Below, piece by piece: positions 1 to 11,231 of a stretch of 32,000 nt of DNA (within the stretch, counting starts at the first letter, position 1; each line of letters opens with the position of its first letter). The position numbers were made by a program, and so were the translations under genes. Origin of the DNA: Wallemia ichthyophaga EXF-994 (taxonomy: Eukaryota > Fungi > Basidiomycota); contig NW_008806299.1 of NCBI RefSeq assembly GCF_000400465.1, positions 30,001 to 62,000 on the forward strand. The letters run 5' to 3'. The notes under the pieces are model-generated. The model was not told the origin of the DNA, did no database searches, and saw nothing but the letters and a program-made list of their open reading frames with translations.

Positions 1-1
1 G

Positions 2-151
2 CTTGTCTACGTTCTTTCTGCTATAGACTACAACTACGTTTTAGTAAAAGTCGTCGATAGCATGGGTCGTGACCATACGACTGTCGTCGGCGATGAAATC
101 AAGGTGCCGACCAGTTATATTGATTTCAACAATGACATCGACAGCACGTGA
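2..151 (+). CDS. 3' end of an SH3-like small protein (5' part outside window)
   Basis: Frame 2 reads LVYVLSAIDYNYVLVKVVDSMGRDHTTVVGDEIKVPTSYIDFNNDIDST* (TGA 149-151). It aligns with the SH3 C-terminal half of the next gene (VPTSYID vs VPSRYID; DYNY vs DVNW). Confidence 0.55.
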   Translation, partial: LVYVLSAIDYNYVLVKVVDSMGRDHTTVVGDEIKVPTSYIDFNNDIDST

Positions 152-435
152 CGCACAGATATCACGCACATAGCCTTCTTTGCACAACAAACGTCACATG
201 ATGACGCAAAACTAAACAAGGGCGTATTTTCTTTTTGTAATTGGTTTTTATTTGGCTGCTTTGGTTCTCGGTAATTTTTAAGGCTTGACAGGATGTTTCA
301 GACTTTCACGCGTCGTATAAATGACCAACGAGAAACGGGGCCACTACTGAAGCTCCAGCGTATTTAGCCAGTGTGGTGTGTTCACTGTGCTGGCTACATT
401 CCACATATTCCATGACGTCTTGACGCCTTTAATGA

Positions 436-901
436 ATGCATCGATTGCGTTGGAAATTTAAAGCCTTTTGTTCCTCTTCACATGCAAAACAAATCGAACT
501 TGGTTTGTGGGCAATTGGTTTATGTGAAATTCATCCTACTAACCATCGTACACGCAGGCATAAGAGATTACGCTTATAGCGTATCAGATAAGCGGCATCA
601 GGGCTTGATCGACCAATTCCCCCTCGTGAAGCCAGTTTTGAATACTTTTACACCGGATCACAGCAGTAATAGCCACGAGCTAGAAGTGAAAAGTGGAGAG
701 TTTGTTTGGTTACTAGGCGAATTTGATGTCAATTGGACGATCGTCAGAAAAGTGATCGCCATCGATCCATCGGGGACACTGGTACTCGATAAGAAGCAAG
801 GGATCGTACCGAGCCGTTATATTGATCTTCATTGGTCATGCACACAATTTTCTCCAGTCGACGAGGTCACAATACCAGATTTTAACCGTCATACCTCATA
901 A
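436..901 (+). CDS. Small SH3-domain protein, 2 exons (436-502, 558-901)
   Basis: SH3 pattern FTPDHSSNSHELEVKSGEFVWLLGEFDVNWTIV...GIVPSRYI. A 55-nt intron 503-557 (GTTTGT, TACTAAC branch point, CAG) joins ATG 436 in frame with the ORF-track frame. The start codon is uncertain. Confidence 0.65.
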
Positions 902-1047
902 CACCTATATACAAATGAGCATGAATGAATGAAATTTCTAAATTAGTCGTACAAGTTGGAAATCCATGGGCTTGTTGCTTTCCTAGCAAGATAAGAGCAT
1001 TGAGAATGCATGGATTGATAGTGATGAGGAGCACCTTAATTCCGATG

Positions 1048-1439
1048 CTAATAGTCCAGCATCGGTATGCCCTCGAAAGTCTTATCTTTAGCACTTTCAG
1101 CGTCCTTGCTAGAGGTGGGCGTCTTGAAGAGTTTGCAAATGCGGCTGATGGGCTTCTTGGTTCCAAATTTTGAGGCTATCGAAGCTAATGCTATCGAGGT
1201 CGTCCTGTTGAGTTTCTCTTGCATAACCGACAGCGTTGTAGCTTGCCTTTGTACGGGCGAGAAGTCTATCTCTTCATAGCCAGTGAGATACATGGATTCG
1301 CGGTAATGTGCTGATGATAATGAGATTCTGTGATCTTAAGAGTTTCACCGTGCTTACAACCAGTTGGGAGGCTCCCCGCCTCGAGGTCCTAATGTGTTTA
1401 AGCGGTGCTAATTTACAATAAGCAGCTACCCACGAGCAT
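1048..1439 (-). CDS. Hypothetical ~99-aa protein, 3 exons (1439-1434, 1388-1358, 1310-1048)
   Basis: Introns 1433-1389 (GTGGGT..TAG, 45 nt) and 1357-1311 (GTAAGC..CAG, 47 nt) splice in frame to ML-DLEAGSLPTGS-HYRESMYLTGYEE...PMLDY*. The start has the ACAATG context seen at other genes here. No recognisable domain. Confidence 0.5.
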
Positions 1440-1816
1440 TGTTGAAGCAATTAAAGGCTGAGACTGCGCAAGTGACAATGCTACGGCTCTTGATCTCGTT
1501 CGACCCTGAAGACCCTTCAAGAAAGCGTTGTAGCTGCGGTGAAGCCAGTGAATCGCTACAGAGACAGCCAGCCGATATGTTATTGGATTGAATCATCTTG
1601 CATGTCTGAGGTTGGGTACTGTGGAGTCGACGCTGTTGCCTCAAAAAATGCTCCTAGTAATGGGAAAGAGGTTGATATATTAGAAAAAAAATCACTATAT
1701 AGTACATCCCATTCTTTCTATTTTAATTTTTCTTAGTTTGAGTTACTAATGGGTGACGTTTTGATCTACAAAACCACGGATTTGGATACATCTTAAGCAT
1801 CTCGTAAACGTTCAGA

Positions 1817-2323
1817 ATGACTGAAAATGAAATATATTTACAATTATCGAGTCGGCCATCGGTAGAACTCTCACCGCTTTTCATTTTCAATCCTTTGCTC
1901 AGTAATACAATTGCCACCGTCCCCTCGATACAAATTAGGGCGAGTAAGTCGTAATATTTTACCTCTTTCAGCACAATGACACGTGATCCAGTCCTCTACC
2001 TCTTCAACGACGACCTCGACAACGCTATCCGCACTGCTAGCATGGGCAGAAGCGATGATCGTCTGCTGCTATACACAATTGCGATAGCGCTGCGAAGAAG
2101 ATTGGATACAGACAGCTTGAAAGTGTTTAAGCAGCTCAGTATGATGCAATTTCCGCTTCTAGAACGCGTATATAACCATGTGTCTTACCAAAAAGTCATT
2201 GAGAAGGTTATCGATTTGGAAGCCATGGACAACCCTCGAGCGAGAAAGATAGTTGAGGATATACAGTTGAATGAGTTGAAGCTATTGTATGAGTATGCGC
2301 AGGTTCAATCGAAGCAAGAGTGA
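1817..2323 (+). CDS. Hypothetical ~152-aa alpha-helical protein, 2 exons (1817-1943, 1992-2323)
   Basis: A 48-nt intron 1944-1991 (GTAAGT..CAG) joins MTENEIYLQL...IRA in frame to ILYLFNDDLDNAIRTASMG... of ORF 1976-2323. An unspliced start at 1976 is the alternative model. Confidence 0.55.
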
Positions 2324-2499
2324 AAATCAAAAGTCGCCATAACGCCACACACTTTCTCATTTCTTCAAATATAGACTGTAATATGCACTGTACTTTTACA
2401 AAACGACCTAGCTACGAATATAATACTTAACATTTATAACAATATTGCGGAACCTTTTAAGACTTGTCGACCACTCCACACCCCACATACATTACTCTT

Positions 2500-4504
2500 T
2501 CAACTCTTCATGAGGTCGTAGAATGCACTTTGAGGCAAGTGAATATTTCCCACTGCCTTCGTCTTTAGCTTGGCTTTACCGCGTTTCTGCTGGTTAAGTT
2601 TTTTGAGCTTACGGTCAAAGTGACCACCGTACAACCCTTCCGTCACATTCATCCGCATGGCCTTGATAGTTTCTCTGGCGATGGGCTTCTGTCCAATGGC
2701 AGCTTGGATCGCGACCTCGAACTGCTGTTTTGGGATGACATCTTTGAGTTTGCTCACCCAGTGCTTGGCGACATCCATCGACTTGGAGCGGTGCACAATC
2801 ATAGCAAGTGCATCAACCGGCCTATGATGAATCAGCATGTTCAGCTTGACGAGATCGCTAGCGACGTAGTCCGCCTGCTGGTACTCGAAAGATGCATAGC
2901 CGCTAGTCGCCGATTTCAGTTTGGCGTAGAAGTCAGTAACTATTTCTGCGAGCGGGACGTGATATTTGAGGTGCACCCGCGGGGGATTGGAGTTCTCGAG
3001 ATAGTTGAACGCGACTTGGTCGCCGCGGTGTGCTGACATGAGCTCTATCACACTGCCTAGATACTCATCAGGCACTATAACTTCCGCATTCACGTAGGGC
3101 TCGAATAGCGACGCTTTCTTATTAGAAAGCTCGTGCGGCTCGGGGAAGTCTGAAGGCACCCGCACTATCCGCTCCTCGCCGCCCTGGATCACCTTGTAAG
3201 GGACAGTTGGTGCGGTGATGATAACCTCCGAGTCGTGCTCATCTTCCAAGCGCTGCCTGAATACATCGAGGTGCAGTTGTCCGAGAAATCCAACCCTGCA
3301 GCCCTGTCCCAAGGCATTCGAGGACTCTCTATTCACAGTCACGCTGGGATCGTTGAGAGTGAGTCTCTTCACATTTTCTTCTAGTCTCAGGAAATCTTTG
3401 TTGTCAACGGGAAACACTCCAGCAAAGACCATCGGCTTGACTGGCTGAAAACCAGGGAGGGGCTCGACTGGTTGCGACTGCTTGTAGATTGTGTCACCTA
3501 TGTGTGCCTCGCTCGACTCCTTCATTCCACACACCAAGTATCCCACTTGTCCGTGCTGCAGATGCGTCGTCGGCTTCTCGGCTGGATTCAGCACACCAAC
3601 CTCCCCCACTGTGTACCTGCTTTTTGAGTGGTGCGAAACGACAACATCACCTGGTAGTGTGTTAGACGGGCTGAGCTATGTGAAATATTTGGCTCCCACC
3701 CTTCTGTATCGACCCACTCTCAATTTTGATGAGCGACACTGCGCCTCTGAATTTGTCAAAGTATGAGTCAAACAGGAGCGCTTTGAGGGGCTGTTGGCGG
3801 GGCGGAGTAGGTGATGGAGGAGGAGGAGGTATTTGGTCGACAATCGCATGCAACACCTTTTCTACATTCAGCCCTGACTTGGCTGATATGGGCAGAGCAG
3901 AGTCTATATCGAGGTCGAACTGCATGAGCACCTGCTCAATAACAGCGTCAGGCTCCGCAGCCGGCAAATCTATTTTGTTGATAACGGGTATGATTTTGAG
4001 ATTGCGCTGACTGGCAAGCTCAAACACAGACAGCGTCTGCGCCTGAATACCCTGCGTAGCATCAACCAGCAGCAGCGCACCGTCGCAAGCTCCCAGCGAT
4101 CTGCTCACTTCGTAGCTGAAATCTACATGTCCGGGTGTATCTATCAGATTGAGAAGGTACTTGTCCCCTTTATAATCATAAAGCATGCTCGATGAATTCG
4201 CCTTCACTGTAATGCCGCGCTCACGCTCCACCTCCAGCTTGTCGAGCACTTGCTGATTCTGGCCGGGCTTGATTGTATTGGTGAGTTCGAGGAGGCGATC
4301 AGAGAGCGTGCTCTTCCCATGATCGATGTGCGCTACGACTGAGAAATTGCGTATCTTCTCTGTGGGGTAATCTTCCATGTTGATGCATCTCCGTGTCGTC
4401 GTTGAGAGATTGCGGATCTCCGAGGCGAGGAAGGCCAGCGGAGATTTACGGATTCGACTGACTGCCGCGCATGGAGTGCGATACATGCTCATCGACATGC
4501 TCAT
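2500..4504 (-). CDS. GUF1: Mitochondrial translation factor GUF1 (LepA/EF4 GTPase), 2 exons (4504-3700, 3650-2500), 651 aa
   Basis: Motifs IRNFSVVAHIDHGKSTL, ERERGITVK, DTPGHVDF, NKID and GFLGQLH, plus LepA C-terminal IARETIKAMR..GLYGG. Intron 3699-3651 (49 nt) restores the frame. Basic N-terminus resembles a mitochondrial presequence. Confidence 0.97.
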
Positions 4505-4864
4505 CGGCGCTTTCTATACAATGCAAATGGTGGTGCGCTATAAAGAGCAATCGCACTGAGCTAATGCTGGCGAATATTAACGAGTACAAAGACGTTCAGC
4601 CTGGAGATGTGCTCAGATGAATCTCGGCTTTAAGAATTAAAGCAGCTTTCTGCCTTGAATTTTGCAAGAGCAATATAGCCAATAATAAGGAATAGGCGAT
4701 TTGAAGGCTATTTGGAATACGAACTTCAAGACGTCATTCAATTTTACCAAGTAATACGGTTATACAATCTTCCTTTCTTCCCCTCAAACGTATCACCAGA
4801 TGACGTCGCCAATGAACATTCAGCATCATCGGATTATCGAAAGCAGTATGTTAGCAACTTTTGT

Positions 4865-5006
4865 TGTCATCTGTCAATAATTACTGATTGATTTATCAAA
4901 AAGTGTATATATGGAATTTTTGTAGACACCGCTGTCAGCTGTCAAAAGAGGAGTCTGTCTGTCAATTTACGTTAGCTTTGCCGCCCACATGTGAAGACTA
5001 ATGACA
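4865..5006. promoter_or_regulatory. Cluster of six TGTCA/TGACA motifs (candidate TALE-homeodomain sites)
   Basis: TGTCA at 4865, 4872, 4933, 4940, 4960 and TGACA at 5002; five of six are CTGTCA/TGACAG. The cluster lies 43-185 bp upstream of ATG 5050. Confidence 0.4.
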
Positions 5007-5049
5007 GTGCTATGTAATTTTAGCGTTCCATCACTTCAATACCATCAAC

Positions 5050-5339
5050 ATGATTTCACAATTCATCACAATCGCTTCAATCGCCTTCACAATCAATAAT
5101 GCAGCAGTCGACCCATATAAACAAAGCTTGAAGTACGAGGAAGTACATGTCACCGACCATCACGACTTTGTTAGCGAGAAAGATACGCCGCCAAGCCCCA
5201 TTATGAACACGAACCCACACATTGTCGATTCTCGGAGAAGATGCAACTACAAGGGCAACGACAAAAGAGGCTACTATATGAGGGGTGAGAGTAATCTTGG
5301 TTGTGCTCGTCAGTACGCTGACATTATTTAGGACTTTGA
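5050..5339 (+). pseudogene. Secreted pre-pro-peptide gene copy A; C-terminal Cys domain disrupted
   Basis: Signal-like MISQFITIASIAFTINNAAV followed by an acidic pro-region. Intron 5285-5331 (GTGAGA, GCTGAC, TAG). After splicing it reads GL* (TGA 5337-5339) then EAAPN, aligning to GTRGAARN of copy B (TGA opposite CGA). Read unspliced, it is the 93-aa ORF 5050-5331. Confidence 0.5.
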
Positions 5340-5856
5340 GAGGCTGCACCAAACTTACTTCATAGCGCTGCGATGATTATGCATACTAAGACATAGAAAG
5401 AGTGCATATACTGCATTTCCTTACAATTGAATGAAAGTTCAACACTTAAATAGTTGGAGTTATAAGACCGGGAGGTCTTGACTATATTATGATACCATTT
5501 GTAAAGATACAAATACGATCGAGTTTTAACGGGAAAGCACTAAGAAAAAAACACGGTATTTGTCTGTGTTTTGAAGGTGATTTTGCAATTGTGTCGCCCT
5601 GCACTACGAGCCTCCTCGATCTTCGTAAAGAAAATTTTGTAGACATATTATGCAGTCTTCTAGCCTATATCTATTGCCCGATTATATTCAGGCAATAGCT
5701 ATTTCCACTTTGAGCTTTTAACGCCTATTTGCCCATGCAATTAGATCGTTAACCTAGTGTCAGACAAAACTGACATTCTAATTGGCAAGTAGCGGAGTTC
5801 AGTAAGCTAGATAAAGTGTATTTCTGAAATTCCGCAATCAGCCCACGGACACCAAA

Positions 5857-6316
5857 ATGTTTTCCAAACGGATCGCTATCGCATTGACCCCTCTTGCGGT
5901 CAACGCTGCAGTCGCAGATCCTTCAAGTCACACTGTTCAGCGTCAGCGAACATTATGAAGTCTTTGATAGTGATCTCACTCACGGTATTTCTAATGATTG
6001 AGAAATACCATCAGTTGCTTGATTGATACAAATCCCGAAATAAATAAAGATTCACTGTTCGGATGCAACTTTCAATGTAAGGGCCCAAACGGCCTTATCG
6101 GAGGTACTGTCGAGCGTTTGGGTCTCGTATGTATGTTAAATCCCTACAGGAACTCGAGGAGCCGCTCGTAACCAATGGTGCATCTGGCAAGAATGCTATG
6201 ACTGTAACTTTGTGAAAAGAAAAAGAAATCGCTCCTACTGCCGTCTCAGGTACAGATTGACATGCCCCCTTTGCAAGATTGGTGCGAAAACAAAGGAGAT
6301 AAACCAGCAAGAATGA
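5857..6316 (+). pseudogene. Secreted pre-pro-peptide gene copy B; pro-region broken, 8-Cys mature domain intact
   Basis: MFSKRIAIALTPLAVNAAVADP, then two compensating frameshifts and a stop in the pro-region, whose shifted frame aligns to copy A. It continues LIDTNPEINKDSLFGCNFQCKGPNGLIG, intron 6104-6149, then GTRGAARNQWCIWQECYDCNFVKRKRNRSYCRLRYRLTCPLCKIGAKTKEINQQE*. Confidence 0.6.
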
Positions 6317-6578
6317 ATGCTATTAGTGCTCAAAGGATGTAAATGTAAACAACATCAATGCATTGATCCAAATGGAGATTATATTTGAAAAAAAAAATTG
6401 AGATCAACACACGTGTTTCACCCTTTTTAAACTATAACAACATATCAATTGATAGAATGGTTCAAAGCCGCTTCATTGTGGATAAAGGTTAAGATTTTAA
6501 CAAAATCTTAACAATCTACTATGACAAGTAATGCAAATGAATAAATAGTACATAAATAATACAACTAATAATAGCAAA

Positions 6579-7709
<1,131 letters not shown>

Positions 7710-9309
7710 AATACGCGTCTTGGGCTTACCTCGCCTTCCCCGTCCCAGCTATTGTAATTTTTGTTTTGTACTATTTAGAATGAACTTGTTTCTCATGCCT
7801 AAATCTTTGCGAGGACGTCTAATGTCTTACACCATTACAAAGTGTATCCAAGAGCAATCGCAATGATGGTCTTAGTTTTATTTGATGCTTTGTGCAATTA
7901 TTACCTTCCTGTACTGTTCTCGATTCATGAAGACCCTTTCCGCGCCAAATTGCCGTCAACGACTCTTCGGCTCAAGAATGGCACGTATAAGTTATTGCGC
8001 CAGAAGAGATGCAAACATGAGTGATGGTGGTACTGTTTTTTAGCGACTAAGTCTGCGATTGACTTGAAGGTCTAGTCGATGCGGCAATCCCGTTGAATGT
8101 CATCCCATAGTCATTCGTTTTGCTGATAATCGTTGCACACGCAGTCATTTGATGCCTTGTAGTTATTTTTAAGCCTCATAAACCACATTCGCATTACCCT
8201 GTTCTCAGATATTCCAATAACACCTCTGCAATGGTCCTCCCTCCATATGATGATTTTTCGAAATGCACTGGGCCAAGCCAAACCCCCGATTTCAGAGTTA
8301 AGCTGGCCCCCATTTTTGGTAACACAAACCAATTTCAATACATGTTTGATAAAATGGAGGAACCCTACTTTTCTGTTGGAGTCAACGTTGCGTCCTGTTC
8401 CTACTGTTGGCCTCTCGCGTCGGAAAACGTAAAAAGCGGCCATAGGGTAGAATACTTGAGCTATTTAGATGCTTGCTGCTTTTTTAGCCTAAGATAGTAG
8501 CTCAAATCAGATAGATGCGTCAATTTTATTGTATAAGCTCTATGTCGTGCTCCTGAGTGATCTCGAATCCCAACTTTCGGACAGCCTGCAAAGCGCGACA
8601 GGGACCCCAGCGGTATGATTATATCAACACCTTTCATAGCACACATTGGGCTATTAGGGAAGCCTTTTTTTTTTGGAGAATTCCAAATGTTGTAAATCAG
8701 CCAGTTGAGATCTGATCACTGCCATCTGGAAACTTCAACTATGTGGATATTGATTGATTGGGTGGAAGAAGACCAAAAAAATCTTTTTCTTTCTGGAATT
8801 CGTGTGCTTTCGTTAGAATATTAGTGCCTCCATTGCTAGCATATCACTTGAACCTTCGCACATGATCACATCCGAAGATATGACAAAGATGGCCTATTTC
8901 AACACAAGTCAAACGGCCTAAAATTTGCCAACTTATCTCAACCTCCACAAGTTGCAAAATAAATCATGCCATGCAATCTAACCGTTCTCAACAAACATTT
9001 CTGCAGTCGCTTACAAATACAGATGTTGAGCTAGTCTCACTTTTAGCCATGAGACAAGAATGTTTCATATGGACGTCACGCGTCAGAAAGCATGAAATGC
9101 GGCTTTAAAGGTGTATTATTGGAATGATCGAGTGCTTGCGGTCTATTAGCATATAGATTTTTCTTACTTTCTCTATTGCGTACTTCAGTGTATTACTGAA
9201 TCGTGACTTCCAGGCATCGTTCAAAGCGCGATATCACTTCAAGGAATTTTCCATATCACAGTTTGCCATATCTCGTCCTCTTCCATCTTAACCACCAACA
9301 TCATCCTAA

Positions 9310-10632
9310 ACGCTGCGAATCTCCCTATAAATGTTATTACAACAATAGCGGACAGCTTTGATGATACTGAGATCTAAATTTGTCTAGCGCGACCGTGCCA
9401 ACGACAAGAAATCTCTCACTGATAAACAAACATTGGAGGGAGGCTACGACGTACTCAAAAAGTGAGGAAATCCAGTCGCACGTATAAAATCAGCCACAAC
9501 TCAGCTTGCTTTGAATTTGAAGTCAACGAAGATATTCTTCCAATCAAGAACTGGCTAGCTGCCCCTCGCAGACAGCATGATGGGATAGCCCAGCTCAAGT
9601 TAACAGTTTACAATCAAAATCTTCTCAACACGATCTGCAAAGGTTTTGTAGCAAACTTGAATTTGAACGAATTCGGATTGCAATTGATATTTCCCTTCCC
9701 CGACTTCCATATTCCTTTCAATTTGAAGTGTGAGAATGTCTTTATAACCGATCGAACTTGTGAAGGAGTGGGCGTTCGACCTGCTCATTTCCCTCAAACT
9801 ATACGTAACAGCTTGTGCAATTTGTCTCTTTTGCACGCCTATTTGGGGGAATTCGAGAATGTCGACAGTCAATACACTTTTATAAAAGTTATCGAATGCA
9901 CTATAGAATTCGGTGGAAATCAAGGAGGCTCTTTTTTCATATCATCAATCTGAGTTAAAACAATCCACTTCAATGCTCAACCTTTAAAAGATGAAGATAT
10001 CACAACATTGCCGCTTCCTCGTGAAATGAGACAATTGAAAAGTCTTGATGTAGATCACTACAATGTGGACCTTGATCAATGCCTTACCAGAAATCGAAAC
10101 AATCAAATTATGGCGATTTGGAGCCATATCAAACTGGGGTGGTTTTCCTGACAAGTTGACTGTCGTTATGTTAAACATTGTTTTGCTTTAAGTGGAACAT
10201 GAACTAATTCAGTAGTTGTCAAAATTCGTCAATTTGAGAGTGCTTGACATGACTAAATAACAAAGTCCAGAGTTTGTATTAATGTTTGACGAAGGTCACT
10301 TTGAGAGGACTTTCCCAGCATTATAAGTGTTAGACTTATCAGATATCTGCGAAGGAATCGACATAGGATCTCTAAATGTCTTTATTGATACACACCGATC
10401 CTTGAACACAGTGGTTGCTAAAGGTATGACAAAGATAAATCCAAGCAAGGTTTCAAAGAGGCTCAAAACTTTATAACGATACGCTGGGAAAGAGTACTTA
10501 TGACGGTTACACTACCGACGTGCTTTTTTCAAATACCTGAAATGCAAGACGATATCCATCAACGCTTCAAAAAACCAATTCAAACACACATGTATTGATT
10601 CTCCATTGCAATTCATACTAATTGCAGCATGA
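9310..10632 (+). pseudogene. F-box/leucine-rich-repeat-like pseudogene
   Basis: Split F-box (LPINVITTIADSF ... TVPTTRNLSLINKHWRE). LRR-like segments LPEIETIKL, FVNLRVLDM and FPAL*VLDLS. Stops at 9375, 9951, 10189, 10213, 10258, 10324, 10474 and 10501, plus about 3 frameshifts. Confidence 0.7.
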
Positions 10633-10710
10633 TTGAGTGAAAGTTCTAAGAAAATTAGCTTGATGAGAGGCGTAATAGATGGGATGAAAAAGGCGCGCGC
10701 AGCAGGCAGC

Positions 10711-10740
10711 AGGACGAATAAGGACGTGCGAGGACGTACC
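10711..10740. repeat. Three AGGACG hexamers at exact 10-bp spacing upstream of the HMG gene
   Basis: aggacgaata aggacgtgcg aggacgtacc, starting at 10711, 10721 and 10731. Confidence 0.5.
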
Positions 10741-11231
10741 TAGATCTGCGAGGGCCGACGCTTTATTAAATACCCCAAAATTATTATTTGTGACTTAAGT
10801 ACGTAAGCGAGTTTATTTTCCCCACCAAGGCCGTCCGAGCGTTTGCCAGGCACGCGTCATGTGGTTGGTTTGACGAGAGGTGGGAGGGCAGTGAGGAAGA
10901 CGGTGTTTAGATGTGCTTATTAGGACACAGCTTGCCATGCACAGGCTCAAACGAACGATGAAGAGGCCCCTGCGCGCATACACGTATGCATATGCAGGCA
11001 CCAAGAAGCGAGACGGTATCTGTGGGTGAGGCTGTAGCGAATATTCGATTACAGCTTTTATGATAGCATTCGCAGTGCTCACGTCATTGCTTACCGCTAG
11101 ACCCCCACTTAGATCAGAGATCGGATGATTCGCCAGTTAATTTTGTATACCGGGCAACTAAATAAACGACCAACTTATTCCTTCCAGTCTTCCGTGAAGA
11201 ATAAAAACCAAAACAACTAAAGAAGTGGTAG

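Noticed and set aside
148-430. Several TGACG (CRE-like) half sites as a Hog1-Atf1/Sko1 regulon signal
   Set aside because: Short motif, mostly imperfect and scattered elsewhere (including inside an intron near 15756); not distinguishable from chance.
2620-4010. Plus-strand ORFs 2620-3036, 3215-3448, 3491-3766 and 3726-4010
   Set aside because: Antisense shadows of GUF1 with no motifs of their own.
4690-4890. Open frame of about 60 codons (EGYLEYELQDVIQFYQ...)
   Set aside because: No ATG, no convincing splice partner and no recognisable motif.
5899-6014. An intron that would rescue copy B's reading frame
   Set aside because: Acceptors after the last stop (6002, 6014) need a phase-2 donor. 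All GT dinucleotides before the first stop are phase 0 or 1, and the shifted frame is homologous to copy A's pro-region, so it is decayed exon.
5857-6316. Hydrophobin call for the 8-Cys domain
   Set aside because: Hydrophobins need CC doublets at Cys2-3 and Cys6-7; none are present and the domain is cationic rather than hydrophobic.
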